DNA of 64,000 bases from Auanema rhodensis (taxonomy: Eukaryota > Animalia > Nematoda), in assembly GCA_964057225.1 (NCBI GenBank), contig OZ059899.1:16740001-16804000 (forward strand). The letters are read 5' to 3'. Positions 61,786 to 64,000 of the stretch are shown piece by piece; the first letter of the stretch is position 1, and each line of letters opens with the position of its first letter. Position numbers and translations under genes: made by a program. Under the pieces are notes generated by a model. That model was not told where the DNA came from and did no database searches. It saw nothing but the letters and a program-made list of their open reading frames with translations.

Positions 61786-62229
61786 AACTCTAAAGCTAGG
61801 ATGCAAATAAAATCTTAATTAATCGTAAGAATTGATTTTTGAAAAAATAACAAACTTTTTTATGTATTAGATTAAGAAATTATATGTAAATAATTTATAT
61901 GAACAAATAAAATCAGTATTTTTCATTATTTCCCAAATCACTACATTCCTTTGCTTGTTATAAAATATATTTACTTGTTTCAATAATATGTATACATAAC
62001 TCATATTTAACTTAATTTAAACTCTTCTATTATTTTTTAAAATAAAATATATTTCCTATGATAAACAGTTTTATTATTGTTGCTACGGTATGGCCGTTGT
62101 TTACAGCTGTCCAAGTATACTATTCGTCGTAACACGAATATTGTAGTGAAAATCATTTTAATCGGAATACTACTTTCTTGATTATACAGCACTGAACACA
62201 TCATACAAACATCATGTACCTTTTGTATA

Positions 62230-64000
62230 GCGATTTAAACAATGCTTGATCAATTCTGTTACTACAACATGGCCTGTGTTCACTGCTCTAGCTGGTCTTC
62301 ATTTTTTATCAAATTATTCTTTCTCTTACAACCATTTCATTTGAATGTAATATGTATTATTTCTACTTTTTAAAAAGCATTGAACATTATACTATCTTAT
62401 AATGATCGATTTGAATATTGTTTGTTCAATTCTAAGATTTTTGCTACGGCTTGGCCTGTGTTCACTGCTCTAGCTTGTCTTCATTTTTTATAAAATTATT
62501 CTTTCTCTTACAACCATTTCATTTGAATGTAATATGTATTATTTCTACTTTTTAAAAAGCATCGAAAATCATCTTTTAATAATCGATTTGAATATTGCTT
62601 GCTCAGTTCTTAGATTTTTGCTACGGCTTGGCCTGTGTTCACTGCTCTAGCTTGCCTTCATTTTTTATAAAATCATTCTTTCTCTTACAACCAATTCATT
62701 CGAATCTAATTTGTATTATTTCTACTTTTTAAAAAGCATTGAACATTATACTTTCTTATAATAATCGATTTGAATATTGTTTGGTCAATTCTAAGATTTT
62801 TGCTACGGCTTGGCCTGTGTTCACTGCTCTAGCTTGTCTTCATTTTTTATAAAATTATTCTTTCTCTTATAACACATTCATTCGAATGTAATATGTATTA
62901 TTTCTACTTTTTAAAAAGCATCGAAAATCATCTTTTAATAATCGATTTGAATATTGTTTGGTCAATTCTAAGATTTTTGCTACGGCTTGGCCTGTGTTCA
63001 CTGCTCTAGCTTGTCTTCATTTTTTATAAAATCATTCTTTCTCTTACAACCAATTCATTCGAATCTAATTTGTATTATTTCTACTTTTTAAAAAGCATCG
63101 AAAATCATCTTTTAATAATCGATTTGAATATTGCTTGGTCAGTTCTAAGATTTTTGCTACGGCTTTGCCTGTATTCACTGCTCTAGCTGGTCTTCATTTT
63201 TTATAAAATCATTCTTTCTCTTACAACCAATTCATTCGAATCTAATTTGTATTATTTCTACTTTTTAAAAAGCATTGAACATTATACTTTCTTATAATAA
63301 TCGATTTGAATATTGTTTGGTCAATTCTAAGATTTTTGCTACGGCTTGGCCTGTGTTCACTGCTCTAGCTTGTCTTCATTTTTTATTAAATTATTCTTTC
63401 TCTTACAACCATTTCATTTGAATGTAATATGTATTATTTCTACTTTTTAAAAAGCATCGAAAATCATCTTTTAATAATCGATTTGAATATTGGTTGGTCA
63501 ATTCTAAGATTTTTGCTACGGCTTGGCCTGTGTTCACTGCTCTAGCTTGTCTTCATTTTTTATCAAATTATTCTTTCTCTTATAACACATTCATTCGAAT
63601 CTAATTTGTATTATTTCTACTTTTTAAAAAGCATCGAAAATCATCTTTTAATAATCGATTTGAATATTGTTTGGTCAATTCTAAGATTTTTGCTCCGGCT
63701 TCACCTGTATTCACTGCTCTAGCTGGTCTTCATTTTTTATCAAATTATTCTTTCTCTTATAACACATTCATTCGAATCTAATTTGTATTATTTCTACTTT
63801 TTAAAAAGCATCGAAAATCATCTTTTAATAATCGATTTGAATATTGGTTGGTCAATTCTAAGATTTTTGCTACGGCTTGGCCTGTGTTCACTGCTCTAGC
63901 TTGTCTTCATTTTTTATAAAATTATTCTTTCTCTTATAACACATTCATTCGAATCTAATTTGTATTATTTCTACTTTTTAAAAAGCATTGAACATTATAC
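62230..64000. repeat. Second satellite with 177/182-bp monomers (~10 copies, runs off the window end)
   Basis: The GGCCTGTGTTCACTGCTCTAGC motif, or close variants, occurs at 62271, 62453, 62630, 62812, 62989, 63166, 63348, 63525, 63702 and 63879. A decayed copy lies near 62082-62115. Confidence 0.97.

Overview
Eukaryotic, most likely nematode, heterochromatin-like DNA. A 200-bp satellite array fills 1 to ~58,487: about 240 monomers, with variant domains and 1.2, 3.6 and 4.4 kb higher-order duplications. It is interrupted by one very young, intact BEL/Pao (Belpaoviridae, Cer/Atlas-like) endogenous virus at 34344-44576. The element has identical 449-bp LTRs, a CGGAC target-site duplication and a tRNA-Gly-type PBS. 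It encodes a single 2764-aa Gag-PR-RT-RNaseH-IN-Env polyprotein with a phlebovirus-like Gn/Gc envelope. The most unusual point is that the polyprotein continues past Gc through a third signal-peptide-like segment into an unassigned ~248-aa helical domain. A 1075-bp tandem duplication has copied this domain, with a partial third LTR, into a free-standing 256-aa ORF. Right of the array, a ~3.6-kb unique island holds a truncated myosin-I-like SH3 fragment and a two-exon 511-aa orphan gene. A second, 177/182-bp satellite then runs off the window end. Short ORFs in the satellite are artefacts.
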